Positions 1 to 12,400 of a stretch of 64,000 nt of DNA are shown here, piece by piece. Each line of letters starts with the position of its first letter. The stretch's first letter is position 1. The translations under genes and the position numbers were made by a program. The notes under the pieces were generated by a model, which saw nothing but the letters and a program-made list of their open reading frames with translations, searched no databases and was not told where the DNA came from. The DNA is from Squalus acanthias. Lineage: Eukaryota. The DNA lies in NCBI GenBank assembly GCA_030390025.1, contig CM059432.1, positions 114,454,001-114,518,000 of the forward strand, written 5' to 3'.

Positions 1-109
1 GTTAAAAGATCTTTATAGCTCTTTATATGTATAACATAAAGTTATTTTAAAATGCAGTGTAGGCTGCCTTCCATTTCAGAGGTGTGCAAAGCTAGTTAAA
101 AAAGATAAT

Positions 110-843
110 GGGCCAAATCTTCTTGGAAAAATAGTGGCGAATTCATGGTGCACGCTATTATTAATGCGTCAATCAGCCAGCATGTTCAAGGGAAGAAGAG
201 ATTTGGTGTGAGTTGCGAATCTCCATAACTTACTTGTCAATTTACACCGCTCCGCCGTTTGCCTCGCACCAATGGCAGTTCACCCTCAACCACCCAGTTA
301 TTTTTAAGAATTTGCTGGATTTGCACATGAATTGCCCATTAAGCTTGCCGCAGAAAGTTAGGGGTCACACTTAACAGCGTAAGTACCCTTTTAACAATGT
401 GATAATTGTTAATGTAGCGCCAATCAACCTCTCTGGTCCAGAAGGAGAACAAGTTAAACTGTTGAGTCTCATTCCTACATGTACTAAATTCTTCTTGGAG
501 ATTTAAAAAATTTCTAATTGTAAATTTTTACATTTTTTTCTTACTTTTCCTTTCTGTCTCTGTTTTCTCTCTCTCTTAATCCAATCTTTCTTTCCCTCTC
601 TTTATTTCTCTTTCTGTACCTGATTCTAATTCACCGTATTTCCTTCTCCATCGTTCCTCTGTTTCTTTCTCAATCCTTAAATCTCATTGGTTAAGGACCA
701 TTGGTCACTAAGGTCCCAGGTGCCCCGCTGCCCTCACACTTCCGGCAAATTACGGTGCAAATTATATTCCAGCTGAAGGATGCAGGAACATGTCTAACTA
801 ACGGTGCATGCCACAAGATGCACCGCTCCAGCAAGATTTGGCC
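110..843. mobile_element. Non-autonomous PIF/Harbinger-type MITE
   Basis: TIRs GGGCCAAATCTTCTTGG (110) and CCAGCAAGATTTGGCC (828-843); flanked by AAT on both sides; no coding capacity. Confidence 0.65.
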
Positions 844-849
844 AATATC

Positions 850-1560
850 CGATTTTTCAGAGGAGGTTACAGCAATGTTTAAAAAGGCTCATGGCAAACT
901 TTCCAATTCAAACTTTGTATCACACATTTTCCTTGTTGAAACTATGGTCATCAAAATGACAAATTTCTAGGTCTCAAATTTTTAAACTGAAAGTAGCCAC
1001 AGACTTCGCAAGTGAATGCACAATCCATTAAATGATCGAACTTTTTAGCCTCCTTTTATGAATCTAGAAACCATGGAGAAACTCTCCTAATGAAATCTTA
1101 TCCACAGGAAGACAAAAGTCACTTTAGTTGTGGTATGCAGATAGAAAATGTATTCCGAACGAGTTCAATATTCCAGAAATAGGGTCACAAGCATTCTTAA
1201 TTAATCTTTTTCATTTAGCATTGTAAATCTTACTTGGGGGACACTTTCTGGAAACTAAAATTGTGTCAACCACAGAAAGATACCAAGATACATTGATGTA
1301 TCCTGGCCAACAAAAGATTACGAGAATAATCTTATTCCCTTGTGCTTGTATTTCTTTTTGGAGAATCCTTGGAACGAGAGAGGAGAAATCCATTAAGGAA
1401 ATTCATTTGATAAGTAGAGACAAATAACCAGGAGCTACTTCTTTGTAATGCTGAGTCAATTTCTTTGAGTCTTTCTTAAAAGTTGGCAAAGAGATCAATC
1501 TTCAGATAACCTTACATCTATAAAGGAAGGGTTGTGACATCTGTGTGTAAAGTTCACGTG
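850..1560 (-). pseudogene. Decayed DIRS-type (tyrosine recombinase) retrotransposon fragment: end of pol region plus N-terminal part of YR
   Basis: Minus-strand motifs in DIRS order: KIDLFA (~1500), SLVPRILQK..IILV..WP (~1385-1300), VDKISLGE..VSRFIKG (~1105-1050), T*KFVILMTIVSTRK (~975-925); many stops and frameshifts. Confidence 0.6.
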
Positions 1561-1751
1561 TGGTTCAATCCTCTTCCAGCTCACGTAGTCCAAAAGAATA
1601 TTGAGCTGAGTGCATCCCTATGTTTGCAGCACTTTTGGCAAATTTAAAGTTCATCTTTAAAAGAATTTGCATCCTTCCTGATTTGTTTAAGATTTTCACC
1701 TACCAATTTGCCGAGAGGAACTGTAAGGCATTGGAAACCCATTGGTGCGTT

Positions 1752-1852
1752 CAGTGTCAGACTTGGTTTAGTGGTACTCTTGCCTCAGAGACAGAAGGTT
1801 GTCGGATCAAGCCCCATTCTAGGATGTGAGCACATAATCTAGCCTGACACTT
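1752..1852 (+). mobile_element. 5' tRNA-derived head fragment of a SacSINE1/DeuSINE-like SINE
   Basis: Similar to the head of the full copy at 17341-17793 (CTTGCCTC.GAG.CAGAAGGTTGT..G.TCAAG.CCCA). Confidence 0.55.
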
Positions 1853-3900
1853 CAACAACAACAGTAATAACTTCATTTATACAGCACCTTTAACGTAATA
1901 AAACGTCCCAAGATGCTTCACGGGAACGTAATCAGACAAAAATTGACGACAACAACAACAACAACTTGTATTTATATAGCACCTTTAATGTAGTAAAATG
2001 TCCCAAGGAGCTTCACAGGAGCGTTAATAAACAAAATTTGACACCGAGCCACATAAGGAGATATTAGGGCAGATGACCAAAAGCTTTTACAAAGAGGTAG
2101 GTTTTAAGGAGCACCTTAAAGGAGGAAAGAGAGGTAGACAGACAGAGAGGTTTAGGGAGGGAATTCCAGACCTTAGCAGCTAAAGGCATGGCTGCCAATG
2201 GTGGAACAATTAAAATCAAGGATGCTCAAGAGGCCAGAATTGGAGGAGTGCAGATATCTCAGAGGGCTGGAGGAGATTACAGAGATAGGCAGTGGCGAGG
2301 CCATGGAGGGATTTGAAAACAAGGTGAGAATTTTAAAATCAAGGCGTTGCTTAACCGGGAGCCAATGTAGGTCAGTGAGCACTCGTGGGTGATGGGTGGA
2401 CAGAACTTGGTGCGAGTTAGGACACAGGCAGCAGAGTTTTGGATGACCTCAAGGTTACATAGGGTAGAAGATGGGAGGCCGGCCAGGAGTGCTTTGGAAT
2501 AGTCAAGTCCAGAGGTAACAAAGGCATGGATGAGGGTTTAAGCAGCAGATGAGCTAAGGCGGGATGGAGTTGGGCGATGTTTCGGAGGTGGAAATAGGCA
2601 GTCTTAGTGATGGCGCAGATATTTCTTTTTATTTGCTCATGGGATGTGGGCCAGTATTGCCCATCCCTACTTGCACTTGAGAAGGTGAGCCACCTTCTTG
2701 AACCGCTGTAGTCAGTGTTGTCGCGGTTTGGTACAACTGAGTAGCTTGCTAAGCCATTTCAGAGGGCAGTTAAGAGTCAACCACATTGCTGTGGGTCTGG
2801 AGTCACATATGGGCCAGACCAGGTAAGGACGACAGATTTCCTTCTCTAACAACAACAACTTGAATTTATATAGCGCCATTAACGTAGTAAAAGGTCCCAA
2901 GGCGCTTCACAGGAGTATTATAAAGGACATTAATGAACCAGATGGGTTTTTACAACAATCCAGTAGTTTCACGGTCACCATTACTGATACTAGCTTTTTA
3001 TTCCAGATTTATTTAATTAACTGAATTTAAATTCCCCAGCTGCCATGGTGGGATTTGAACTCATGTCCAGGGCCTCTGAATTACTAGTCCAGTAACATAA
3101 CCACTATGCTACCGTTCCCAGCATGTAGGCAGAAGCTCATCTCGGGGTCAAATAGACACCAAGGTTGTGAACAGTCTGGTTCAGCCTCAGACAGTGGCCA
3201 TGGAGATGGATGGAGTCGTGGCTAGGGAACGGAGCCCATGGCGGGGACCGAAAATAATGGCTTCGGTCGTCCCAATAGTTAATTGGAGGAAATGGATGTC
3301 GGACAAGCAGTCTGACAATTTAGAGACAGTGGAGGGCGCGAGAGAAGTGGTGGTGAGGTAGAGCTGGGTGTCGTCAGTATACATGTGGAAACTGATGCTG
3401 TGTTTTCGAATGATGTCACCAAGGGGCAGCATGTAGATGAGAAATAGGAGGGGACCAAGGAAACATCCTTGGGGGGCACCAGAGATAACGGTTTGGGAGC
3501 AGGAAGCTCTAGCTTCCAGGTGCATGTGGTTCTGAGGAGGATTGTCAGGTGATTGTCTGGCTACGACTGGATAGATAAGAATGGAACCAGGTGAGTGCTG
3601 TCCCACCCAACTGGACGACAGTGGAAAGGCTCTGGAGGAGGATAGTGTGGTCAACCATGTCAAAGGCTGCAGACAGGTCGAGAAGGACGAGGAGGGATAG
3701 CTTAGCATTGTCACAGTCACATAGGATGTCATAGGATGACAACGAGCCAAAGAAGGAGACATTAGGACAGGTCTTGGTTACAGAGGTAGGTTTTAAACAG
3801 TGTCTTAAAGGAGAGAGAGGTGGAGAGGTGAAGAGGTTTGTGGAGGAAATTCCAAAGCTTAGGGCCTAGGCAGCTGAAGGTACGGCCGCCAATGGTGGAG
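1853..3900 (-). mobile_element. L2-clade LINE 3' fragments (interrupted by a SINE at 2623-3120)
   Basis: (TTG)n-type tails read as AACAACAAC..TATTTATATAGCACC; LHWLPVKQRLDFKIL C-terminal motif; RT motifs [21 protein letters not shown] and [18 protein letters not shown]. Confidence 0.9.
2623..3120 (-). mobile_element. tRNA-headed SINE-like element sharing both ends with the LINE at 24043-28075; carries a short L2-tail insert at ~2848-2921
   Basis: Minus-strand head has A box TAGCATAGTGG and B box GAGTTCAAATCC; tail GGGATGGGCAATA..CCCACATCCCATGA matches 28010-28060. Confidence 0.75.
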
Positions 3901-5528
3901 GGGTGGTCAAGACTTCAGTTACCCTCCTAATCTCTCCCTTCATAGTTTGGCATCCGTTCCCTTAAACCTACTTGTGAAGTGCCTTAGGACATTCTTCATG
4001 TTAAAAATGCTATGTAAATGCAACCTCTTGTTATTGCTGCTGTTGTGTAAGTGATTTCAAGGCATGGCTGCCAATGGTGGGGCGAAGGAAGTGGGTGATG
4101 CATAAGAGACCAGAGTTGGAGGAACACAGAGTTCCCGGGTGATTGTAGGGCTGAAGGAGGTTACAGAGATAGGGAGGAGTGAGCTATGGAGGGATTTGAA
4201 CATGAGGATAAGAACTTTAAAATTGAGGCATTGGTGGGCCTAAAGGAAATTCTGCCATTGGCATGGATGACTGGGCTCCCAATGCTACCTACACACACAC
4301 ACATACACATGAGCAGCTGCCCTGTGCCATAATAGATGCCTCCCACCCCGCTACAGTGGGCAGTTAGGACGCGCCCTTAGTGATTCATTTAACAGGTGGC
4401 CTCCCCCTCATCCCATATACTCTGCCAGGGTTAGAAGCAGAAATCACTGGTGGGTACATTCGACATTTAAACTGTGCTGTTGGCCCAGTAGATCTTTGGC
4501 CTCAATCTGTTTTACAGGTGCTCTATCTGGACCATTGAATGACTACTAAGATATAGGGCCAGCAAGTGGCACTTCTTTTTACTTTGCTAAAAGGAACACG
4601 GCTTCGCTTCGAAGAGTGGATGCCTTGTAACTTTAGGAATTGGCCATCCATTATATCGATGGCCATTAACTCTGTTGTTATTATTAATTAAATTTGAAGG
4701 CCACTTCAACTGTCTCCTCAAAGAGCTGTTTATCTTAAATTAAGTTCTAGTAGACTCACCTTGAAGTCTGAGGGCAGATTTTCCTGCTGTTATATATAAC
4801 TATAGAATAGGATACTTTGGTAATCACACTGCACTCCTACATCGACAGCATCAAAAAACCATTGTTGCTGCAAGTTTGCAATTTTATTCACTCAAAGTTT
4901 GGTCTAGCGTGCTGACAGGTCCTAGACACAGGTTGTATCAGTGACTTTGAGTGATCTATAAACTTGGCTTGTTAAATCAGATGGTTGCTTATTAGCATCG
5001 GAAGGCCTTTAATTAGTCTAAACACCATTTCAGAGGAAACACCATTTCAGAGGAAACAGAGTTCTTATCTTGTAAAGGTGGATTCCTATTAAAATATGCA
5101 CAATAAATCCATCTGAAAAGGATTTCCTGAGTGGTTGCTGGCCTCTGAGTGTTTTTAACTTCAGAGGCCACAGCAGTGGAAGTCGCCACAACTTTTTCTT
5201 TCTTAGAAACAAAGTCAAATTATCATGCTTTTGGTCATCCTTCTGTTGTACCTCAGCAATTTCTGATTAAATATGTTAGGTTCAAATCTAAAGTCATGAA
5301 AGCCTCAATCAAAAGACATTCTGTGACAGATATCTGTCAGTCATGCCGCAGATGGCTGACAAAACGCTGGAAAACATGTATTTCACAAACATCAAGGTAG
5401 CTGAGAAGAATGAAAGAACGAAAGAAAGAAAGGACATGTATTTACATAATTGAAACAATCATACAAAGATATTACTTTTAGACTGCGATGTTTGTAATGT
5501 AGGCAAATCCCCTTCATTGTGACTCAAT

Positions 5529-6265
5529 GGGCTGGATTTTCATTGACCCGTGGAAGCGGGTTTGGAGGCGTGTGGGGGGTTAAAATTGCGAAAACTGGCG
5601 GGCGGGCACAAGTCCGCCTCCATCCCGCCTCCACGCAATTTTCATTAAATTGTGTCTGGTGGTCCCGACTCCGTCCCACCTTTAAGAGGCGGGATAGGCT
5701 GTTAAGGCCCTTAACAAGCACTAAATTGGCTCTATAATGCCATTTTGAAAGGCCTTTGTGATTTGAACCCTTGATCTATGTGAAGCACGCCTGTTTTGAA
5801 CCACTATTGTGAAACCTGGCGGGAGCACATTTGGATAGCTGACTATCAGCTACAGGTCCACTATTACAACGGAGATGTGATGAAGGTAGTAGTAGTATTA
5901 GGTCTGAAAGTCGCCTCTGATGCTGCTGCATTGAAGGTCTTCGGAGCCTGCCTGGCCTTTGCTGTGAGAGGACCTGGATACAAAAAATTTCTCTCTCACT
6001 CAGCAGACTTAGAGCTGTGCATCCAGGTCCTCTCACAGCAGAGGCCAGGCAGTCTCTGACCTTTAATGCAGCAGCAATGATGACATCATCAGAGGCGACT
6101 TTCAGACTGAAACCATTAATTGGTTCATGGGTTCCCACATGCTGGAACTCAATTGCCCAATTAGGTGAAAATTGCATCAATCTCCCACATCCAATTGCAG
6201 TCGGGTAGATAACACGAAATGCGGATGACATGACCCCAACCCGCCCCAGTATCAAAATCCAGCCC
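5529..6265. mobile_element. Harbinger-type MITE, copy 1 (contains an internal inverted duplication)
   Basis: TIR GGGCTGGATTTT / AAAATCCAGCCC; perfect 3-bp TSD AAT. Confidence 0.9.
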
Positions 6266-6747
6266 AATTTTCTTTTTTGCAAAACTACTTCCCAACAATA
6301 TCTTGGGGGGACATCCAAAACATGAACTGTGAAAGCAAGAACTGTCAGTGCCACAGACAGTATGACAAATAGTTCAAGGTTTGAAATTTGCCACTGCCAT
6401 GCGCTGACATCCAGAATGAAATGTATAGATTGCTCAGAACTTTTAAGAATAAAGAAGTCAACTTTTGATTGCAAATACAAGCTTAAAATTTAAAACAGGA
6501 AAAGCTTTTTCCTACAAGGGAAGAAGCACACATAAAAAATCACAGTCTCCTCAGGTGAGGGTGGTTGTTCATAGCAGCACTGCGATATGCTCATGACCAG
6601 AGTTGATGGTAGGAGAAATTAAATAATATGTAGTCTGAGGAGCAGGTGTGGGAAAAGCTAGGGGTACACTGAGGCTCAGCAAGGTGAATTCCAGGAAAAA
6701 AATGAAGGTAGAGTCCCTGAAGCTGATTTTCCTTGTTGGAACACTAA

Positions 6748-7417
6748 GGGCTGGATTTTCATTGACCCGTGGAGGCGGGTTTAGAGGCGTGTGGGGGATT
6801 AAAATTGCGAAAACTGGTGGGCGGGCACAAGCCCGCCTCTATCCCACCTCCACGCAATTTTCATTAAATCGTGTCTGCTGGTCCCGACTCCGTCCCGCCT
6901 CTTAGAGGCGCGATAGGCTGTTAAGGCCCTTAACACGCACTAAATTGCCTGTATAATGCCATTTTGAAAGGCCTTTGTGATTTTAACCCTTTTTCTACGT
7001 GAAGCACGCCTGTTCTGAACCATGAATGTGAAACCTGGCGGGAGCACATTTGGATCGGGCGGGCAGGCGGGCTGGCTGGCTATGTGGATGGATGGGGAGG
7101 AGACATATCTGGGAGTGGTGGTGTAAAAATATCTGGGAGCAGACTTAGGGCTGCTGCTGCTCATTTTACATCCAGGTCCTCTCACAACAAAGGCCAGGCT
7201 GTCTTTGAAGACCTTCAATGCAGCAGCAATGATGACATCATCAGAGGTGACTTTCAGACTGAAAACATTAATTGGTTCATGGGTTCCCACATGCTGGAAC
7301 TCAATTGCCCAATTAGGTGAAAATTGCATCAATTTCCCACATCCAATTGCAGTCGGGTGAATAACACGAAAAGTGGATGACACGACCCCAACCCACCCCA
7401 GTATCAAAATCCAGCCC
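6748..7417. mobile_element. Harbinger-type MITE, copy 2 of the same family
   Basis: Same TIRs; perfect TSD TAA; high similarity to 5529-6265 outside the central part. Confidence 0.9.
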
Positions 7418-7805
7418 TAAAAGTTCCACTGGTAAGCAGGGCTATGGGGAGAAAGTGGGTGATTAGTTTTGGAGATTGACTGAGCAAAGAGGTGGCATGG
7501 ACACAATGTGCCAAAGCCTATGCTCTGAACTTCTATGGTATGGAAAAATAAAGTACCAATTTCAAGCTCAACATCTAACTTCTTTGTTATGTTGTAATAG
7601 GCAGATGTGTGTGCAATGCATGGAGTAGATCTCTAGCCAGATTTGTAATATCAGTTCTTTAAGCAAGGAATTCACCACACTTGTACAGGTTACAATGGAG
7701 ATGATGTTGCTCATGGCAGGCATTAGTAGCTTTACCACTGGTTGCAGTGTTGGAGATATCAATATAATGCAAAATATCAAATGTTCAGCAATAATTGAAA
7801 TTAAT

Positions 7806-8855
7806 TTTTTTTAAATGTATTCATTTATGGGATGTGGGCGTCGCTGGCAAGGCCAGCATTTATTGCCCATCCCTAATTACCCTTGAGAAGGAGGTGGTGA
7901 TGAGCCGCCTTGAACCGCTGCAGTCCGTGTGGTGAAGGTACTCCCACAGTGCTGTTAGGTAGGGAGTTCCAGGATTTTGACCCAGCGACGATGAAGGATC
8001 AGCGATATACTTCTAAGTCAGGATGGTGTATAACTTGGAGGGAACTTGGAGGTGGTGGTGTTCCCATGCGCCTGCTGTCCTTGTCCTTCTAGGTGGTAGA
8101 GGGTGTGGGTTTGGGAGGTGCTGCCGAAGAAACCTTGGCGAGTTGCTGCAGTGCATCTTGTAGATGGTACACACTGCAGCCACGATACGCCGGTGGTGGA
8201 GGGAGTGAATGTTTAAGGTGGTGGATGGGGTGCCAATCAAGCGGGCTGCTTTGTTCTGGATGGTGTCGAGCTTCTTGAGTGTTGTTGGAGCTGCACTCAT
8301 CCAGGCAAGTGGAGAGTATTCCATCACACTCCTTATTTGTGCCTTGTAGATGGTGGAAAGGCTTTGGGGAGTCAGGAGGTGAGACACTCGCCACAGAACA
8401 CCTAGCCTCTGACCTGCTCTTGTTGCCACAGTATTTATGTGGCTGGTCCAGTTAAGTTTCTGGTCAACGGTGACCCCCAGGATGTTGATGGTAGGGGATT
8501 CGGCGATGGTAATGCTGTTGAATGTCAAGGGACGGTGGTTAGACTCTCGCTTGTTGGAGATAGTCATTGCCTGGCACTTGTGTGGCGCAAATGTTACCTG
8601 CTACTTATCAGCCCAAGCCTGAACGTCGTCCAGGTCTTGTTGCATGCGTGCATGGACTGCTTCATTATCTGAAGAGTTGCAAATAGCACTGAACACTGTG
8701 CTGTCATCAGTTAACATCCCCATTTCTGACCTTATGTTGGAGGGAAGGTCATTGATGAAGTAGCTGAAGATGGTTGGGCCTAGGACACTGCCCTGAGGAA
8801 CTCCTGCAGCGATGTCCTGGGGCTGTGATGATTGACCTTCAACCACCACAACCAT
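7806..8855 (-). mobile_element. 5'-truncated CR1/Jockey-group LINE (RT C-terminal half and 3' end)
   Basis: GVPQGSVLGPTIFSYFINDLP, LTDDSTV, QQDLDDVQAWADK, IYKAQIRSVMEY; A-rich tail; same family as 27372-28075. Confidence 0.9.
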
Positions 8856-9526
8856 AAATGCTAATGCCCATGTGGTACACATAACAGAATCCTCTCTTGA
8901 TTAGGCTTTAAGCCAAAATCAAGCTACCTTGACTCAAGATGATAATGGCTTCGCAATTGGATCACATAGTACCTGCTTTCAGGTGAAAAACAGGCGCTGG
9001 AAGGTGCAATATGGCATGCGGTGTGTGTGAGCACTCATTCCACACTGGGAGAGCGCCGCATGCCAAATTGGTTAAGATGACTGCAGGGTGCACGTCTGGC
9101 CATTTCCTAAATTAGATAGTTAATGCACAGTGCTTGCTGCAGTCAGTTTTGTTGGACCTAAAGTAACCAAACTAGCAGTCCTCAGAAGGACCACTGGAGG
9201 CTTCCACAAAAGGGTAAGTATAAAAAGTATTGAAACTGTGGGCCGTGGACGGCCATCGCTCACCACCCTCCCGGACTTACCGTGGCCCTGATGCCAGATT
9301 CCCCACTAGGCAACTGTTACCTCTTGGGGAGCGACTGGCCCCCAAAGCTCACCGGTCGTTGGCCTGATGACAAAAGGACCAATTTCTTGTGGTCCTCTCG
9401 CGCATCAGAGTAGAACAAGCTTCCACCGGGTCTCTCACCACTGCCAGTAGCATGATCTGGAGTGACACAATTAGCTGGTCTGATGATGGAGAATGGATTG
9501 AACCATTTAGCTGATTCCAAGAATAT

Positions 9527-11418
9527 GGTTGGAATTTTGCCGGTGCTCAGAGGGCGGGTTTGGAGGCGGGTCCGCTGTCAAAATAGCAAAGATTGACAAC
9601 GGGTAGGAAACCCGCTGTCAGCCCGCCTCCACACGAGTCTCCCAGGTGTCGGGTCTGTCAGCGGAGAACTGACCCGACACCAAGCAGCGTGGGATACAAT
9701 TGAGCTCATTAAATGGCTTGTTAAGAGCCAATTTAATACTATTTTGAGGATTCCTTCCCATTTTACATTCTCCCCCACGGGTTACCCGCTGCTCGGGGAA
9801 CACGCCAGCTCACCCTGGCGTGATTTGAGTCTGCTCTGATGTTTCTGATAAGCTGACAGCTGCAGACGTGGTGTAAAGGATGCCATGTTGCAGATGGTCA
9901 GTTTCAGAGCGTAGAAACTGTTGGTTATTGCATTTGTAAGATTTCTTCAGCTTGCAAGTGTTTAGAGCCAACTATATGTCCAGTGCCACCTCATTGGAAC
10001 AACCTCTCTCACCATTGACCGATCGCGTCTATCATCTCACCTGCAGCCGACATCTATTGCAGCAACATCGGTGCCCTTGAAAAATATCAGACCTTGGTCC
10101 TCTGAATGCTTCCATGATCAGCCCCAACACCAACATCAACAGGCACACTATCATCACCAACCTTCTCCACCATCACCTGATGCCGCACAGGACACAGGGC
10201 ATCAGCCCCTGACAACATTGCTGCCCGGGAGGCCAGCGATGGCATCACCATGGCCAGATTTACTTCACTTGACGCTATTAACCCTGGTTGCCACATGATG
10301 CGCCAGGTTGACACCATCCCACACCAGCACCGTGAAGCATCCCTTTAATGTCCAAGCCATTCCATGCACACTCATCACTATAGCGGGGGTGGGGGCGGCG
10401 GGGTGGGAAGTTATGTCTCAACATTCACTGGAACTCAGTAACACACTTCTCAAGGTGCGCACAGATCTGTCCAATAAGGGGCAGTGTTGGAAAAATAGAT
10501 TTCACTTTATGACAGCACATTACCAGAAACTTCACATGGACATTCGCTAAACCTCTCAAGTGCCTACCCCTGTGTGTCATTAGTTGGTATGCTTGCAGTA
10601 GGATGAGGGTGAGTGTGAGGGGTGGCTAGTGAGATGGGGAACTGATAAAGTAGATAGAGAGGGTTGGGCGGAGGTGCAATGTAAGTTGGTATGAGTAAGG
10701 ATGTGCAGAAGGGTATGGAAGGCAGAATGATGGAGATGTGTTGAGTGGCACAGCAGGGTGAGTTTGAGCGATGCTTTGCAGTAACGTTTCGTGATCCACT
10801 GAAATCATTGAAAGGTTGGCGCCACTGCAGCCAGGGACACCTGACGACATCCCTGCTTTTGCCTTCCTGTGCAATGTGCAACCAGGCTGCGTTGGTGTTC
10901 TGTGGAGGACTCTTCCGCCCTTGGAAGGGAAGAGAACCTCCCTGTGTGCTTTTGGTGGAGGGGGGTGGAGGATGTACTATCTTGTGGGACGCATCCTCCT
11001 CAAATGTGTTTTCAGTCTCTATTCTTCCATCCTGTACTGCTCTTCCTCCTCGTCTTCTTCTATTAAAATAGTAAAAAATGGAGTATCTACTGCGAATAAC
11101 TGTAGCATATGGAGGGAGTCATTTGAGAGCCTGGATGCAAGCGTCCACCTTTGTGCAGTGCTTGTCAGTGTTTGCAGCACCTCAATGCTGTCAAACACTG
11201 ACAGAACAACTGTCAAACTCAATGTGGCCGTGGTTACTTTAAGGAAACCGGCTGATGACGTGTCATCAAATGACATCATCAGATCCGCTTCCTGTTAATA
11301 GGGCGGGCTTAACAAGGCCAATCAAAGGAAAATCCCTTTGACAGAACAGCTGCAGCCAGGATCGTGACTGGAACCCGGAAACCAGCTCTCCCGCCACCAT
11401 CCCGATAAAGTCACAGCC
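9527..11418 (+). mobile_element. Internally deleted non-autonomous Harbinger element (transposase 5'/3' stubs plus Myb exon 1)
   Basis: Degenerate TIRs GGTTGGAATTTT / AAAGTCACAGCC; TSD TAT; colinear with 44793-49869; Myb exon 1 remnant on the minus strand (..WLQWRQPFND). Confidence 0.85.
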
Positions 11419-11549
11419 TATGAATGAAACAATCAAATTTGCTAACCTTGAGATCAGGAATAGAACAATTCAATGAGTTGATCTGTCAGTTTGGAGCCAT
11501 ACTAGATGCAAGTACAGAATCTACAATTAGGTTTACAATGTTAGTGCTC

Positions 11550-12400
11550 TCTCTGTGAGATGTTTGCATCCACCAAGGCTTAGCACTGACAGCAAAGCCT
11601 TGCAATTTCTGCTCGACGATGTGCACTCAGCCAACTTGGGAAACACTAAGGTCGGTGGACAATACAGGCCGCAGGTTGATGAGGTACACATTCACCATGG
11701 CATCCCTGTAGAGCAGCAGACAACCAAGAGCCTCCTCACCCTTCAATATCTACTTAATCTTTAGGGGTTATAATCACTCATTAGTAGGTTATGAGCTCTT
11801 TCCTGCAGGTCTATCAAGCACTTTGGGGAACTCAACAACTTGATCAAGTTGTATGTCTCTACCCGCTTCTGCCTGGCTGTCATGCCAAACTGAATGAAAT
11901 GTGTTGCTCTCCTAAAAATGGTGTCAGTGACCCAATGAATACATGCCCTGTTGGCACCATGGGTGATATTACAGATCCTCTGTTGCTGCTTAAAAGGACC
12001 TGGTGGCATAAAAGATAAGTCCAGTGGTAACTTGTGCGGGTAGAGCTGTCCAGGTGGCACAGCTCTCTTAAAGCCTTAGTGAAGAATAATCCCTCTCATG
12101 CAGAGCTCCTCACTGAGATCTTCAGAACATTTGGGTGGCCAGTAAATTCTTTTGGTGGAGGGGGTTGGAGGATGTACTATCTTATGGGGTGCATCCTTCT
12201 CAAATGTGTTTTCAGTCTCTATTCTTCCATCCTGTACTGCTCTTCCTCCTCCTTGTCTTCTTCCATTAAAACAGTAAAAAATGGAATATCTACTGCGAAT
12301 AACTGTAGCTCAGAACCTCTTTCTTTGTATAGGAGCAAAAATGTCTTGGCCTCACAAGGTGTCAGAAGTAGGGTCAGCTCTGTCCAGGTACAAAGCAAAA
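11550..12400 (-). pseudogene. Old, decayed Harbinger (HARBI1-like) transposase remnant
   Basis: Acidic N-terminus, SEE.C.R..FTK-like segment and ICNITHGANRACIHWVTDTIF, resembling the [16 protein letters not shown] segment of the 45373 copy. Confidence 0.55.

Noticed and set aside
4700..5400. Second tyrosine-recombinase remnant on the plus strand (HSVTDICQ..W)
   Set aside because: Resemblance is too weak and fragmented to call without a search.
5776..6480. 234-aa minus-strand ORF
   Set aside because: Spans a MITE boundary and its fold-back duplication; no domain motifs; likely a chance ORF.
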